A stretch of 64,000 nucleotides of DNA from Candidatus Brocadiia bacterium (GTDB lineage: Bacteria; Planctomycetota; Brocadiia; CAIUPP01), in NCBI GenBank assembly GCA_050015075.1, contig JBEKCB010000013.1, positions 32,001 through 96,000 on the forward strand. The letters run 5' to 3'. Shown here one piece after another: positions 21,244 through 31,195 of the stretch (positions are counted from its first letter, which is position 1; the number at the start of each line of letters is the position of its first letter). The position numbers and the translations under genes are program-made. The notes beneath the pieces were generated by a model, which searched no databases, had not been told where the DNA came from, and saw only the letters and a program-made list of their open reading frames with translations.

Positions 21244-22475
21244 CGAAAGAGATCCCGAATTCGCCGCTGCGCTGCCTGGTGCTGGCGGACACGTTCCCCA
21301 GCGCGCTGGAGCCGTGGCGCGGCCCGTACAACCGCCGGCAGATCGAGTGCCTCGCGCGGCTCTGCCGCGTGACGGCGATGGACCCGATGCCCTGGCCGCG
21401 CCTGCTGCGGGACCGGCGCGCGTGGGCGCTTGCGGCGCGGCCTGACGGCGTGCTCGACGGGATGACGATCCATCATCCGGTCTTCTGGTACCTGCCGGTG
21501 CTCGGCCGCGGGCGGACGTGGCGCGGTGTGGCTTCCGCAGTCGAACGCGCTCTGAAGCGCGAGCCGGACGCGCGCTGGGACGTGATCCTGGCGACGTTCG
21601 CCTATCCGCACGGCCTGGCCGCCAAACGGCTGGCGGAGCGGATGGGCGTGCCGTACCTGATCAAGGCGCGCGGGAGCGACCTGCACTCGCTGCCGGCCTC
21701 CGGCGCGCGCCGCGAGCTGACCGGCGAGGCGATCCGCGGCGCGGCGGGCGTCGTCGCCGTCAGCCGGACCCTGGCCGAGATCGCGCTGCAGCTCGGCGCG
21801 AAGCCGGACGGCGTGCGCGTGCTCACGAACGGCATTGACGCGGCGGCGTTCCAGGTGCTGGACCGCGCGGGCGCGCGGCGAGAACTCGGCCTGCCGGAAA
21901 TCGGCAAGCTGGTCCTTTTCGTCGGGAGCCTTCTGCCGGTGAAAGGGATTGACGTGCTGATGGAGGCGTTCCTGGCGATGCGCGCGCGGAACCCGGCGCT
22001 TTTCGCGCAGACGCAGTTGCTGATCGCCGGCGAAGGGCCGAAGCGAAGCTGGATCGTCCGGCGCATGGCCGACGAGGGATTGAGCGGCTCGGTGAAGCTG
22101 CTCGGCCACGTCGGGCGGGAAAGGATCGCCCGGCTGATGAGCGCGGCGGACGTCCTGGCGCTGCCGAGCCGGAACGAGGGCTGCCCGAACGTCGTGCTTG
22201 AGGCCCTCGCCTGCGGCACGCCGGTCGTCGCGGCGCGGGTCGGCGCGGTCCCGGACCTGCTGGACGAAAGCAGCGGGATCATCGTGCCGCCGGAGGATCG
22301 CGCGCAGTTCGCCGCGGCGCTGGAGCGGGCGCTCGCGAGGCCCTGGGACCGCGCGGCGCTGCGGCGGCGCGTGGAAGGAATGTCCTGGGAAGCGAACGCG
22401 CGGGCGCTGTATGAAATGCTGGCGCTGGTGGTTGGGAGAGTGGGAGATTTGGAAACTGGGAAATTGGGAGATTAG
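21240..22475 (+). CDS. GT4 glycosyltransferase (TuaC-like); start probably CTG 21240
   Basis: RGSD, FVGSLLPVKG, EGCPNVVLEALACG; first beta-strand LRCLVL begins upstream of GTG 21279. Confidence 0.85.
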   Translation: MTKEIPNSPLRCLVLADTFPSALEPWRGPYNRRQIECLARLCRVTAMDPMPWPRLLRDRRAWALAARPDGVLDGMTIHHPVFWYLPVLGRGRTWRGVASAVERALKREPDARWDVILATFAYPHGLAAKRLAERMGVPYLIKARGSDLHSLPASGARRELTGEAIRGAAGVVAVSRTLAEIALQLGAKPDGVRVLTNGIDAAAFQVLDRAGARRELGLPEIGKLVLFVGSLLPVKGIDVLMEAFLAMRARNPALFAQTQLLIAGEGPKRSWIVRRMADEGLSGSVKLLGHVGRERIARLMSAADVLALPSRNEGCPNVVLEALACGTPVVAARVGAVPDLLDESSGIIVPPEDRAQFAAALERALARPWDRAALRRRVEGMSWEANARALYEMLALVVGRVGDLETGKLGD

Positions 22476-22547
22476 GAGATTGGGAGATTGGGTCACGGAT
22501 AACCGCGTCACCCAATTTCCTGATTTCCCAATCTCCTAATCTCCCAG
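22432..22547. repeat. inverted repeat whose arms are 8-bp (TGGGAGAT-like) tandem repeats
   Basis: About 7 units TGGGAGAT, a short spacer, then about 5 units ATCTCCCA; sibling at 53132-53210. Confidence 0.85.
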
Positions 22548-22562
22548 TTCCGAGGAAAGCGC

Positions 22563-23201
22563 ATGAAGTTTCTGACGGACCAGTTCCAGGAAGTGCAAAT
22601 CGAGAACGGCGGCCGCCGGCCGTGGCTCTTTCCCGACCTGCGCGCCGACATGCGCGCGAAGGCCGTCTGGTATTACGGGGCGCAGCGGCAGGGCCGGCTC
22701 GACGGCCTGCGAATGCTGATGAGCGACGGGAGCCTCTGCACCGTGCTGTACCGGCTGATGCGCGCGCTGCGGCGGATGCATCTCGGCCCTCTGGCCGCGG
22801 CGGTGTACAAGCTGAATGCGTTCCTGACGCGGGCGGTCATCGGGCGCGGCGCGGAGTTCGGGCCGGGGCTGATCATCCTGCACAGCGTCGGCGTCATCGT
22901 CAACACGGCGGTGCGCGGCGGCGAAAACGTGATCCTGGAGGGCGGCGTGACGCTCGGCGCTGAGAAGAAGCAGTCGCCGACGCTGGGCGACAACGTCTTT
23001 ATCGGAGGCGGCGCCAAAGTGATCGGAGGCGTTCGTCTCGGAAACGGCGCGCGCATCGGCGCGAACGCGGTGGTCGTGGAAGACGTGCCCGAAGGCGCGA
23101 CGGCGGTCGGCATCCCGGCGCGCGTGGTCCGTGTTCGCGGCGGCGAACATTCTGATTCACCACCAAGACACCAAGGCACCAAGGACGGAGAGTCAGGCTA
23201 A
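22563..23201 (+). CDS. serine O-acetyltransferase-like LbH protein
   Basis: GPGLIILHSVG, PTLGDNVFIGGGAKVIG, IGANAVV, VGIPAR. Confidence 0.85.
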   Translation: MKFLTDQFQEVQIENGGRRPWLFPDLRADMRAKAVWYYGAQRQGRLDGLRMLMSDGSLCTVLYRLMRALRRMHLGPLAAAVYKLNAFLTRAVIGRGAEFGPGLIILHSVGVIVNTAVRGGENVILEGGVTLGAEKKQSPTLGDNVFIGGGAKVIGGVRLGNGARIGANAVVVEDVPEGATAVGIPARVVRVRGGEHSDSPPRHQGTKDGESG

Positions 23202-23242
23202 CTTCAAAGGATTCGTTCTTGGTGTCTTGGTGCCTTGGTGGT
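23159..23242. repeat. ACCACCAAG-class inverted-repeat element (empty form)
   Basis: ACCACCAAGACACCAAGGCACCAAGGA...TTCTTGGTGTCTTGGTGCCTTGGTGGT. Confidence 0.9.
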
Positions 23243-23260
23243 TAAACTGGGCGCGGCAGC

Positions 23261-24517
23261 ATGCACGTATTGTATCACCATCGGACGGCCGGCGACCGCG
23301 TGGAGGCGGTGCACATCCTCGGGATCGTGCGCGCGCTGCGCGCGATGGGACACACCGTCGAGATTTCCAGCCCGCCCGGCTGCAACCCGGAACGCAAGGC
23401 GGCGGAGCCGCAACGCGCGGAAGGCCACGCGCCGCAGGAAGGGGCGCTGCGCGGCCGGCTGAAGCGGTTCGCGCGGAAGGCGCCGCCGTGGGTTTTCGAG
23501 GCCGCCGAACTAGGGTACAATGCGTATTCGCTCTTCGACATGCTGCGGCGCCGTTTTGCCACGGGCCGGCCGGAGATGATCCTCGAGCGGGCCACGTCGA
23601 ACAGCTTCGCGCCGACGTGGCTGGCCGGGCGGTGGAACGTCCCGATCGTTCAGGAAGTGAACGTGACGACGCGCATCGGCCGGCTGCGGCCGCTGGTGCT
23701 GCGCGGCACGACGCAGCGCATCGAGCGCTGGGTCTACGGGCGCGCGGCGGTGATCGTGACCGTCTCCCGCGCGTTCGAGCGCATGCTGGCCGAGGACGGC
23801 TGGCCGGCGGAGAAGATGCTGGTCTGCCAGAACGCGATTGACCCGGCGGAGTTCGCCCCGGAATCGGTGAAGCCCGCCGCGCGCCCGGCCGGAATGAAGG
23901 AGGCTTTCATCGCCGGCTACGTCGGCGCGTTCGTGCCGTGGCACCGCGTGGACTTGATGGTCGAGTCGGCGCGCGAGCTGGCGCCGCGATATCCGCGCCT
24001 GCGCTGGCTGCTGGTCGGCGACGGCGTCGAGCGGCCGCGGATCGAGAAGATGCTGGCCGACTTCGGGCTGGCGGAAAAATTCTGGCTGCCCGGCGCGGTG
24101 AAGCACTCACTGATCCCATCGTATCTGATGGCGATGGACGCGGCGGTGATGCCGCATTCGAACCTGTTCGGTTCGCCGATGAAGCTCTTCGAGTACATGG
24201 CGATGGGCCGCGCGGTCGTGATGCCGGACGTGCCGCCGATCGCCGAGGTCGTGGAAGACGGCGTGAACGGGATGCTCTTCCGCGCGGAGGACGCCGCGGC
24301 GCTCAGCGGCGCGCTGGCGAAACTCGTCGAGGACGAGGCGTTCCGGCGCCGGCTCGGAGCGCGGGCGCGGCAGGACGCGCTCGAACGGCACACCTGGGCG
24401 GCGAACGCCCGGCGGCTGCTGGCGGCAGTCGCGGAACATAAAGGATTAACCACCAAGGCGCCAAGGCACAAAGAAACAACAGCTTCCACCACGGAAAACA
24501 CGGAGCACACGGAATGA
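23261..24517 (+). CDS. GT4 glycosyltransferase
   Basis: EAVHI, EVN, GYVGAFVPWH, SPMKLFEYMAMG. Confidence 0.9.
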   Translation: MHVLYHHRTAGDRVEAVHILGIVRALRAMGHTVEISSPPGCNPERKAAEPQRAEGHAPQEGALRGRLKRFARKAPPWVFEAAELGYNAYSLFDMLRRRFATGRPEMILERATSNSFAPTWLAGRWNVPIVQEVNVTTRIGRLRPLVLRGTTQRIERWVYGRAAVIVTVSRAFERMLAEDGWPAEKMLVCQNAIDPAEFAPESVKPAARPAGMKEAFIAGYVGAFVPWHRVDLMVESARELAPRYPRLRWLLVGDGVERPRIEKMLADFGLAEKFWLPGAVKHSLIPSYLMAMDAAVMPHSNLFGSPMKLFEYMAMGRAVVMPDVPPIAEVVEDGVNGMLFRAEDAAALSGALAKLVEDEAFRRRLGARARQDALERHTWAANARRLLAAVAEHKGLTTKAPRHKETTASTTENTEHTE

Positions 24518-24594
24518 ATTGCCTAAACACCTTCAGTGTCTTCCGTGTGTTCGGTGGTTGCAATATCAGCTGACGTTCTTGGCGCCTTGGTGGT
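24449..24594. repeat. nested element: ACCACCAAG outer arms enclosing an ACCACGGAA inner hairpin (24488-24558)
   Basis: Single-unit version of the 37332-38019 array. Confidence 0.9.
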
Positions 24595-24630
24595 GAGAAT
24601 GGGGTTTTCGGGAAACGGAGAGACTGAAGC

Positions 24631-26778
24631 ATGAAAGCGCTGATCACCGGAGCGAGCGGGTTCCTGGGCGGCTACGTCGCGGAGGCGCTCGTCAAAGCCG
24701 GGCACACCGTGCGCGTCCTGGTCCGGAACACCAGCCGGACCGACCGCCTGGAGAAGCTCGGCGTGGAAATTCTCCGCGGCGACCTGAAGGACGCCGAGTC
24801 GCTTCAGCACGCGGTCGCCGGCATCGAGACGGTGATCAACACGGCGGCCAGCGTGGACGCGCCCGCGCAGGAATTCGAGGCGGCGACGATCCAGGGCACG
24901 CGCGCGCTGCTCCAGGCCGCCGAGGCCGCCGGCGTCGGCCGCTTCGTCCACATCAGCTCGGTCGGCATCTACGCGATCCGGCCGCGCCGCGGGACCACGC
25001 AGATCAGCGAGGATTGGCCGCTCGAGGAGGACCCGCGGTTCCTGAGCGTCTACGTCAGGTCCAAGCTCGAGTCGGAACGCGCCGCCGTCGAGTTCGGCGG
25101 GCACGGCAAGATGCAGGTGATCGTCCTCCGCTCGGGAATCCTCTACGGCCCCGGCGGCAAGTGGACGCTGCCGCGGATGGGCTATCCGCTCGGCCGGAAC
25201 CGGTACGTCGTCATCGGCCGCGGGAGCAACCCGCTGCCGGTCTGCTACGTGGAAAACTGCGCGAAGGCGGCGGTGCTCGCGGCAGAGAAGCCGGACCTTT
25301 CCGAAGGGATTTTCAATATCGTGGACGACGAGCCGTTCACGACGATCGAGTTCCTGCGCCGCCTCCGGAAGGAGGCGCGGCCCCGGCTGAAGATCGTGCG
25401 CTTCCCGTACGCGCTCGCGTACGGCATGGCGACGATCGGCGAGGCGCTGGGCAAGCGGCTCAAGCTGCCCTGCCCGATCCGCACGACGTACCTGACGATC
25501 TGCCGCTGGCGCGTGAGGTATTCGAACGAGCGCGCGAAGAAGCTGCTGGGCTGGCGGCCGGAGATCGCGAAGGAGGAGGCGCTCGCGCGGACGATGCGGT
25601 TCCTCGCGCAGGGCGAGCGCGTCAGCCGGCGCGCGGACCTGGCGCTGCTGCGGAGTTCGCCTGCGAACGTGGAGAAGCCCCTCACCGCCTGCGTGATCGG
25701 CTGCGGCGCGATCGCCGAGGTGCACCTGGGAATCCTCAACCGGCTGGACTGCGTGAAGGTGCGCGGCGTGTGCGACTCCAATCCCGATGTCGCGCGCAGG
25801 ACGGCGGAGAAATTCATGCTCCTGCGCTCCTACACGGACCCGGAGGAGATGCTGATCAAGGAGAAGCCGCAGGTCGTGCACATCGTCACGCCGCCGCAGT
25901 CCCACGCGGCGCTGACGGAGCTGGCCACGAAGCACGGCTGCCACGTGCTCGTCGAGAAGCCGATGGCCGTGAACGCCGCCGAGGCGCGGCTCATGGCCGC
26001 CGCCGCCAAAGAGCGCGGCGTGACGCTCTGCGTGGACCACAACCTGCTCTACGAGCCGGTGATGGTCCAGGCGCGGCGGTTCATCGAGCAGAAGGAGTTC
26101 GGGGACATTCTCTGGGTGGAGAGCTATTACGGCTTCGACCTGGGCTCGTCCCCGGCGAACCGCTACCTGCTTCCCGGCGGCGAGAAGCACTGGACGTTTC
26201 AGCTTCCCGGCGGGATGTATCAAAACCTGGCGCCGCATCCGCTTTCGCTGGCGCTGGACGTGCTCGGGCCGCCGGATCAGGTGCAGGCGCACGCCCGCTA
26301 CGGACGCGTGCTGCCGCATGCGGCGACCGACGAGCTGCGCATCCTGCTCGAGACGCCGCGCGCCGGCGGCATCGCCACCGTCTCGATCGCCGCCAGCCCG
26401 CGCTTCATGTACCTGAACATCTTCGGCACGAAGATGGCGCTTTTCGCGGACCTGCTGAACAAGTGGATCATTCCGCAGCGCGCCGCGCGCGGCATCCCCA
26501 GGCCGATCTCGCGGGCGATGATGAACCTCCAACACGGCCGCGCCGTCCTCGGCGGCACCTTCGGCGGCGCGATCCGCATTCTCCAGAGAAGCTGGTCCGA
26601 GTACGAGGGAATGGACCTGCTCATCCGTGAGTTCTACGCCTCGCTCCAGGAAAAGCGCCCGCCGCCGGTCACCGCGGAAGAGGGCCTGCGCGTGATGGAG
26701 GTCATGGACGACGTCTGGGCGCGGATCGGCGCCGGCGCGGTCGGCCCGGCCTCGGCGGAACACCCTCCGGTGCGCTGA
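24631..26778 (+). CDS. fusion of NAD-dependent epimerase/dehydratase and Gfo/Idh/MocA oxidoreductase
   Basis: ITGASGFLG and YVRSK in the N-terminal half; VIGCGAIA and VEKPMA in the C-terminal half. Confidence 0.85.
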   Translation: MKALITGASGFLGGYVAEALVKAGHTVRVLVRNTSRTDRLEKLGVEILRGDLKDAESLQHAVAGIETVINTAASVDAPAQEFEAATIQGTRALLQAAEAAGVGRFVHISSVGIYAIRPRRGTTQISEDWPLEEDPRFLSVYVRSKLESERAAVEFGGHGKMQVIVLRSGILYGPGGKWTLPRMGYPLGRNRYVVIGRGSNPLPVCYVENCAKAAVLAAEKPDLSEGIFNIVDDEPFTTIEFLRRLRKEARPRLKIVRFPYALAYGMATIGEALGKRLKLPCPIRTTYLTICRWRVRYSNERAKKLLGWRPEIAKEEALARTMRFLAQGERVSRRADLALLRSSPANVEKPLTACVIGCGAIAEVHLGILNRLDCVKVRGVCDSNPDVARRTAEKFMLLRSYTDPEEMLIKEKPQVVHIVTPPQSHAALTELATKHGCHVLVEKPMAVNAAEARLMAAAAKERGVTLCVDHNLLYEPVMVQARRFIEQKEFGDILWVESYYGFDLGSSPANRYLLPGGEKHWTFQLPGGMYQNLAPHPLSLALDVLGPPDQVQAHARYGRVLPHAATDELRILLETPRAGGIATVSIAASPRFMYLNIFGTKMALFADLLNKWIIPQRAARGIPRPISRAMMNLQHGRAVLGGTFGGAIRILQRSWSEYEGMDLLIREFYASLQEKRPPPVTAEEGLRVMEVMDDVWARIGAGAVGPASAEHPPVR

Positions 26779-26792
26779 CCCGCGTAAAACCG

Positions 26793-26876
26793 TGTTGAAA
26801 TCGCGCTACAGCCGGGGGTATCTCGAAAAATCAACATGTAGAATTTCTTGACACGACGCGGAAGGCGGGGTATACT
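26793..26876 (+). promoter_or_regulatory. sigma70 promoter of kinase/regulator operon, abutted by TGT-N12-ACA boxes
   Basis: TTGACA(26848)-N17-TATACT(26871); TGTTGAAATCGCGCTACA 26793-26810; TATCTCGAAAAATCAACA 26819-26836. Confidence 0.75.
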
Positions 26877-27005
26877 TGGTTAAATCGCATCGGTTGCGCC
26901 GCTGCAACACGATGCCGGGGGCCAGGCTGCCAGGCGGAATGGGACGATCTGCCATGGCGCTGAGACTTACAAATACCGATTTCCAGCGCGGAGAGACTTG
27001 CTCTG

Positions 27006-29129
27006 ATGAGCGGGGCTGAACATATCTTCGTTATTTCCATGGGCCGCCCGTCGGATATCATGCTGGAAGATACCATCGCGGCGGAGGGGTATAAAGTCAC
27101 GCACACCCCGACGTTGCAGGAAGGCCTGGCGAAACACGGCCCGAAAGCATGCAGCGCGGTGGTTTTCCTGGCCGGACTGCCCGAAAGCAAGCAGGTCGAA
27201 GCGCTCCTGCGCGAGGCCACCGAACAGCTTCCGGCGGCGAAGTTCCTCGTCGCCATGGACGACGGCGCCCTGACGGTGATCTCGAGCGATTTGGAGAAGG
27301 CGCTCGCCGGCCGGCTGCTGCGGCTCGAGGGCGAAATCGCTCTCTCGAAGAACATTGAGAAAATTCGCCGTTTCCTCCGGGGCGAAGGCTATAGCTGGGC
27401 CAGCGACCTGGGCGGCGCGGCCGACCACGACGACTCGCTGCTGGCGGCGACCGGCAGCCTGCCGGAGGGCCGGCAGGACAAGCTGCGCAGCATCCATCGG
27501 TTCGCCAGCGACCTTTCGCGGTACACCGAACTCCAGCCGATGCTGCAGGAGGCGTTGCGGCGCTACCTCGACATTCTGCAATGCGACGCCGGCAGCATCT
27601 ATCTCTGGGACGAGAACACCGAGACGCTGATCCTGGAAGCCGCGCACGGGGCCGATGAGCACGAGCGGGTCGGCCTGCGCCAGAAACTTGGCGAAGGGCT
27701 GGCCGGCTGGGTGGCGCAGGTCGGCGAGCCGATCCTCGTCACCGACTCGCGCAAGGTGCACAAGCTCCAGGGCCGGGTCAGCAGCCGCTACAGCAACTTC
27801 AGTTGCATCGCCGCGCCGATCACGCACGGCGGGCAGTTGTTCGGCATCGTCTGCCTGACCATGCCGAAGGACAACGAGCCGTTCGACCCGGAGGAGTTGC
27901 GCCTGGCGCAAGCCCTCTCGCAGAAGCTCGCCAGCGCCATCCGGCCGCTGAGCGTGCTCTCCGAACTGCGGCGCTTCAGCGAGCGGCTCCTGGGCGCCTT
28001 CAAGTCCTCCAGCGACAGCGAAATCAAGAAGGACGCGCAGGTGGAATCGCTGCGCGTCCTCAGCGGGAACATCCTCGAGAGCGTGCCGATGGCCATCATC
28101 GCGTACGACCGCGAACTGCGCGTCCGGTCGTCGAACCGCGTCGCCCGGTCGCTCTTCGCCATCGAGACGCCGGCGGCCTCCGAGCCGGGGCCCGCGCCGC
28201 TCGAGCAGGGCGTCGAACTGGACAAGGCGCTCTGGCGCAACCGGCTCCTGAGCGTCATCGAGGCCGGGCGCAAGTTCCGGCTCCAGCGCGTCGGCTATCG
28301 CGCCCGCCCGACGGATGGCGGCCAAACCGGCGACCGCAAGCTGGTGCTGGACATCCATTGCTCGCCGCTGACGGACCCGGAAGGGCAGACCGTCGGCGGC
28401 ATCCTGACCGTGCAGGACGTGACCGAAGACCTGGAGATGGAGGCCAAGCTCTCCTCGGCCGAACGGCTGGCGCTCGTCGGCAAGCTGGCCGCCAAGGTGG
28501 CGCACGAGCTCAACAACCCGCTCGACGGCATCCTGCGCTTCCTCAACCTGGCCATGCGGCAGCTCGACAAGCCGGAGCAGGCGCGGGCGTACTTGGAGGA
28601 CAGCCGCATCGGCCTGCTGCGGATGAGCAACATCCTCAAGGAACTGCTGGTCTTTTCGCGCAGCCACCGCGAGCCGGCCACCGTGGCCAGCCTCAGCCTG
28701 GTGATCCAGCAGGCGCTGGCCCCGTACGAGCACCGCGCGCGCGAGTGCCACACGCAGATCCGGCTCGACGTGCCGCCGAACCTGCCGCCCTGCCCGAGCA
28801 ACGAACTGTGGGAGGTCATCGGCAACGTCGTCAAGAACGCCCTCGACGCGATGGGCGAAAACGGCACGCTGACGATCCGCGCCGTTCAGGACGACCAGCG
28901 GGTGACGATCACCATCTCCGACACCGGCCCGGGCGTACCGGAAGAGCTTCGCGAGAAGATCTTCGAGCCGTTCTTCACCACCAAGCAGGACCGCCATGGA
29001 ACCGGCCTCGGCCTGGCGCTTTGCCGCGACGCCCTCCGCCGGATCGGCGGCGAAATCACCCTGGTCCCGTCCGAGCGCGGCGCCGCGTTCCAACTGGTCT
29101 GTCCGATCAAACCCATGTCGGAGAGTTGA
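27006..29129 (+). CDS. cytoplasmic GAF-PAS sensor histidine kinase
   Basis: GSIYLWD..GEGLAGWVA (GAF), VAHELNNPL (H box), NALDAM, DTGPG, FEPFFTTK, GTGLGL; no TM helix. Confidence 0.92.
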   Translation: MSGAEHIFVISMGRPSDIMLEDTIAAEGYKVTHTPTLQEGLAKHGPKACSAVVFLAGLPESKQVEALLREATEQLPAAKFLVAMDDGALTVISSDLEKALAGRLLRLEGEIALSKNIEKIRRFLRGEGYSWASDLGGAADHDDSLLAATGSLPEGRQDKLRSIHRFASDLSRYTELQPMLQEALRRYLDILQCDAGSIYLWDENTETLILEAAHGADEHERVGLRQKLGEGLAGWVAQVGEPILVTDSRKVHKLQGRVSSRYSNFSCIAAPITHGGQLFGIVCLTMPKDNEPFDPEELRLAQALSQKLASAIRPLSVLSELRRFSERLLGAFKSSSDSEIKKDAQVESLRVLSGNILESVPMAIIAYDRELRVRSSNRVARSLFAIETPAASEPGPAPLEQGVELDKALWRNRLLSVIEAGRKFRLQRVGYRARPTDGGQTGDRKLVLDIHCSPLTDPEGQTVGGILTVQDVTEDLEMEAKLSSAERLALVGKLAAKVAHELNNPLDGILRFLNLAMRQLDKPEQARAYLEDSRIGLLRMSNILKELLVFSRSHREPATVASLSLVIQQALAPYEHRARECHTQIRLDVPPNLPPCPSNELWEVIGNVVKNALDAMGENGTLTIRAVQDDQRVTITISDTGPGVPEELREKIFEPFFTTKQDRHGTGLGLALCRDALRRIGGEITLVPSERGAAFQLVCPIKPMSES

Positions 29130-29133
29130 ATCT

Positions 29134-30507
<1,374 letters not shown>

Positions 30508-30569
30508 CGCGCGGCGAAGGCCGAAGTTATTCCCGAGATCGCATAACGCGCGTGGCTCACGAGGGGCTT

Positions 30570-30654
30570 GTCATGCCGAGCGCAGCGAAGCATCTCACAC
30601 GCTTCGGCCTGCAGGCATGCTGTGTATGAGATTCTTCGCTTCGCTCAGAATGAC
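30570..30654. repeat. REP-like inverted pair (GTCATTCTGAGCGAAGCGAAGAATCTC type) between convergent genes
   Basis: 27-bp arms 30570-30596 and 30628-30654, 4 mismatches. Confidence 0.8.
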
Positions 30655-30714
30655 GGCGCAACAGGAACTGCGTCTGGGAAGCGGACCATCACGGACAGCG
30701 GCGGGGCTTCGCGG

Positions 30715-31116
30715 TCATTCCAGCCAGCGGTACACCTCGAAGTACGGACGCTCGCTGAACCGGGCGGCGACGCCCGCCTTCGCGTACGCGGTGCTGTTCT
30801 CCGTGGGCCTTTCCACGCGGAGCACGGTCGCTCGGGCGCGAAGGCTGCGGAAAAGCGGGCCGGTTCCATAGCCGGACAGGCCGGAAAGCCGAATCCCCAG
30901 CTCCTGCCCGACCTTGAGGTCCTTCCACTCGTCCGCGAGGAAGTAGATTCCGCCGGCGGAGACATTCCCCGATGTGCCGATCCGCTGGGCGGTGCGGCTC
31001 TCGCCCTCTCGGAGATACTCGACGTTCAGTCGCAGGTTCAGCCTGGGTGATTCGCGCCGGTCAGTGTCGCTCTTCGCCACGCCATCAGCGCCCCCCGCTG
31101 CGCATGAGCTTGCCAC
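30715..31116 (-). CDS. PilZ domain protein
   Basis: RRESPR (RxxxR) and NVSAGG ([D/N]xSxxG) motifs. Confidence 0.85.
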   Translation of the reverse strand: MASSCAAGGADGVAKSDTDRRESPRLNLRLNVEYLREGESRTAQRIGTSGNVSAGGIYFLADEWKDLKVGQELGIRLSGLSGYGTGPLFRSLRARATVLRVERPTENSTAYAKAGVAARFSERPYFEVYRWLE

Positions 31117-31195
31117 CGTTTTTGACCCATTTCAGTTGCTGAATGTAAGGCCACAGCCCAGGACGGCAACTTGGGCGCGCGTATATCTACTCGGA

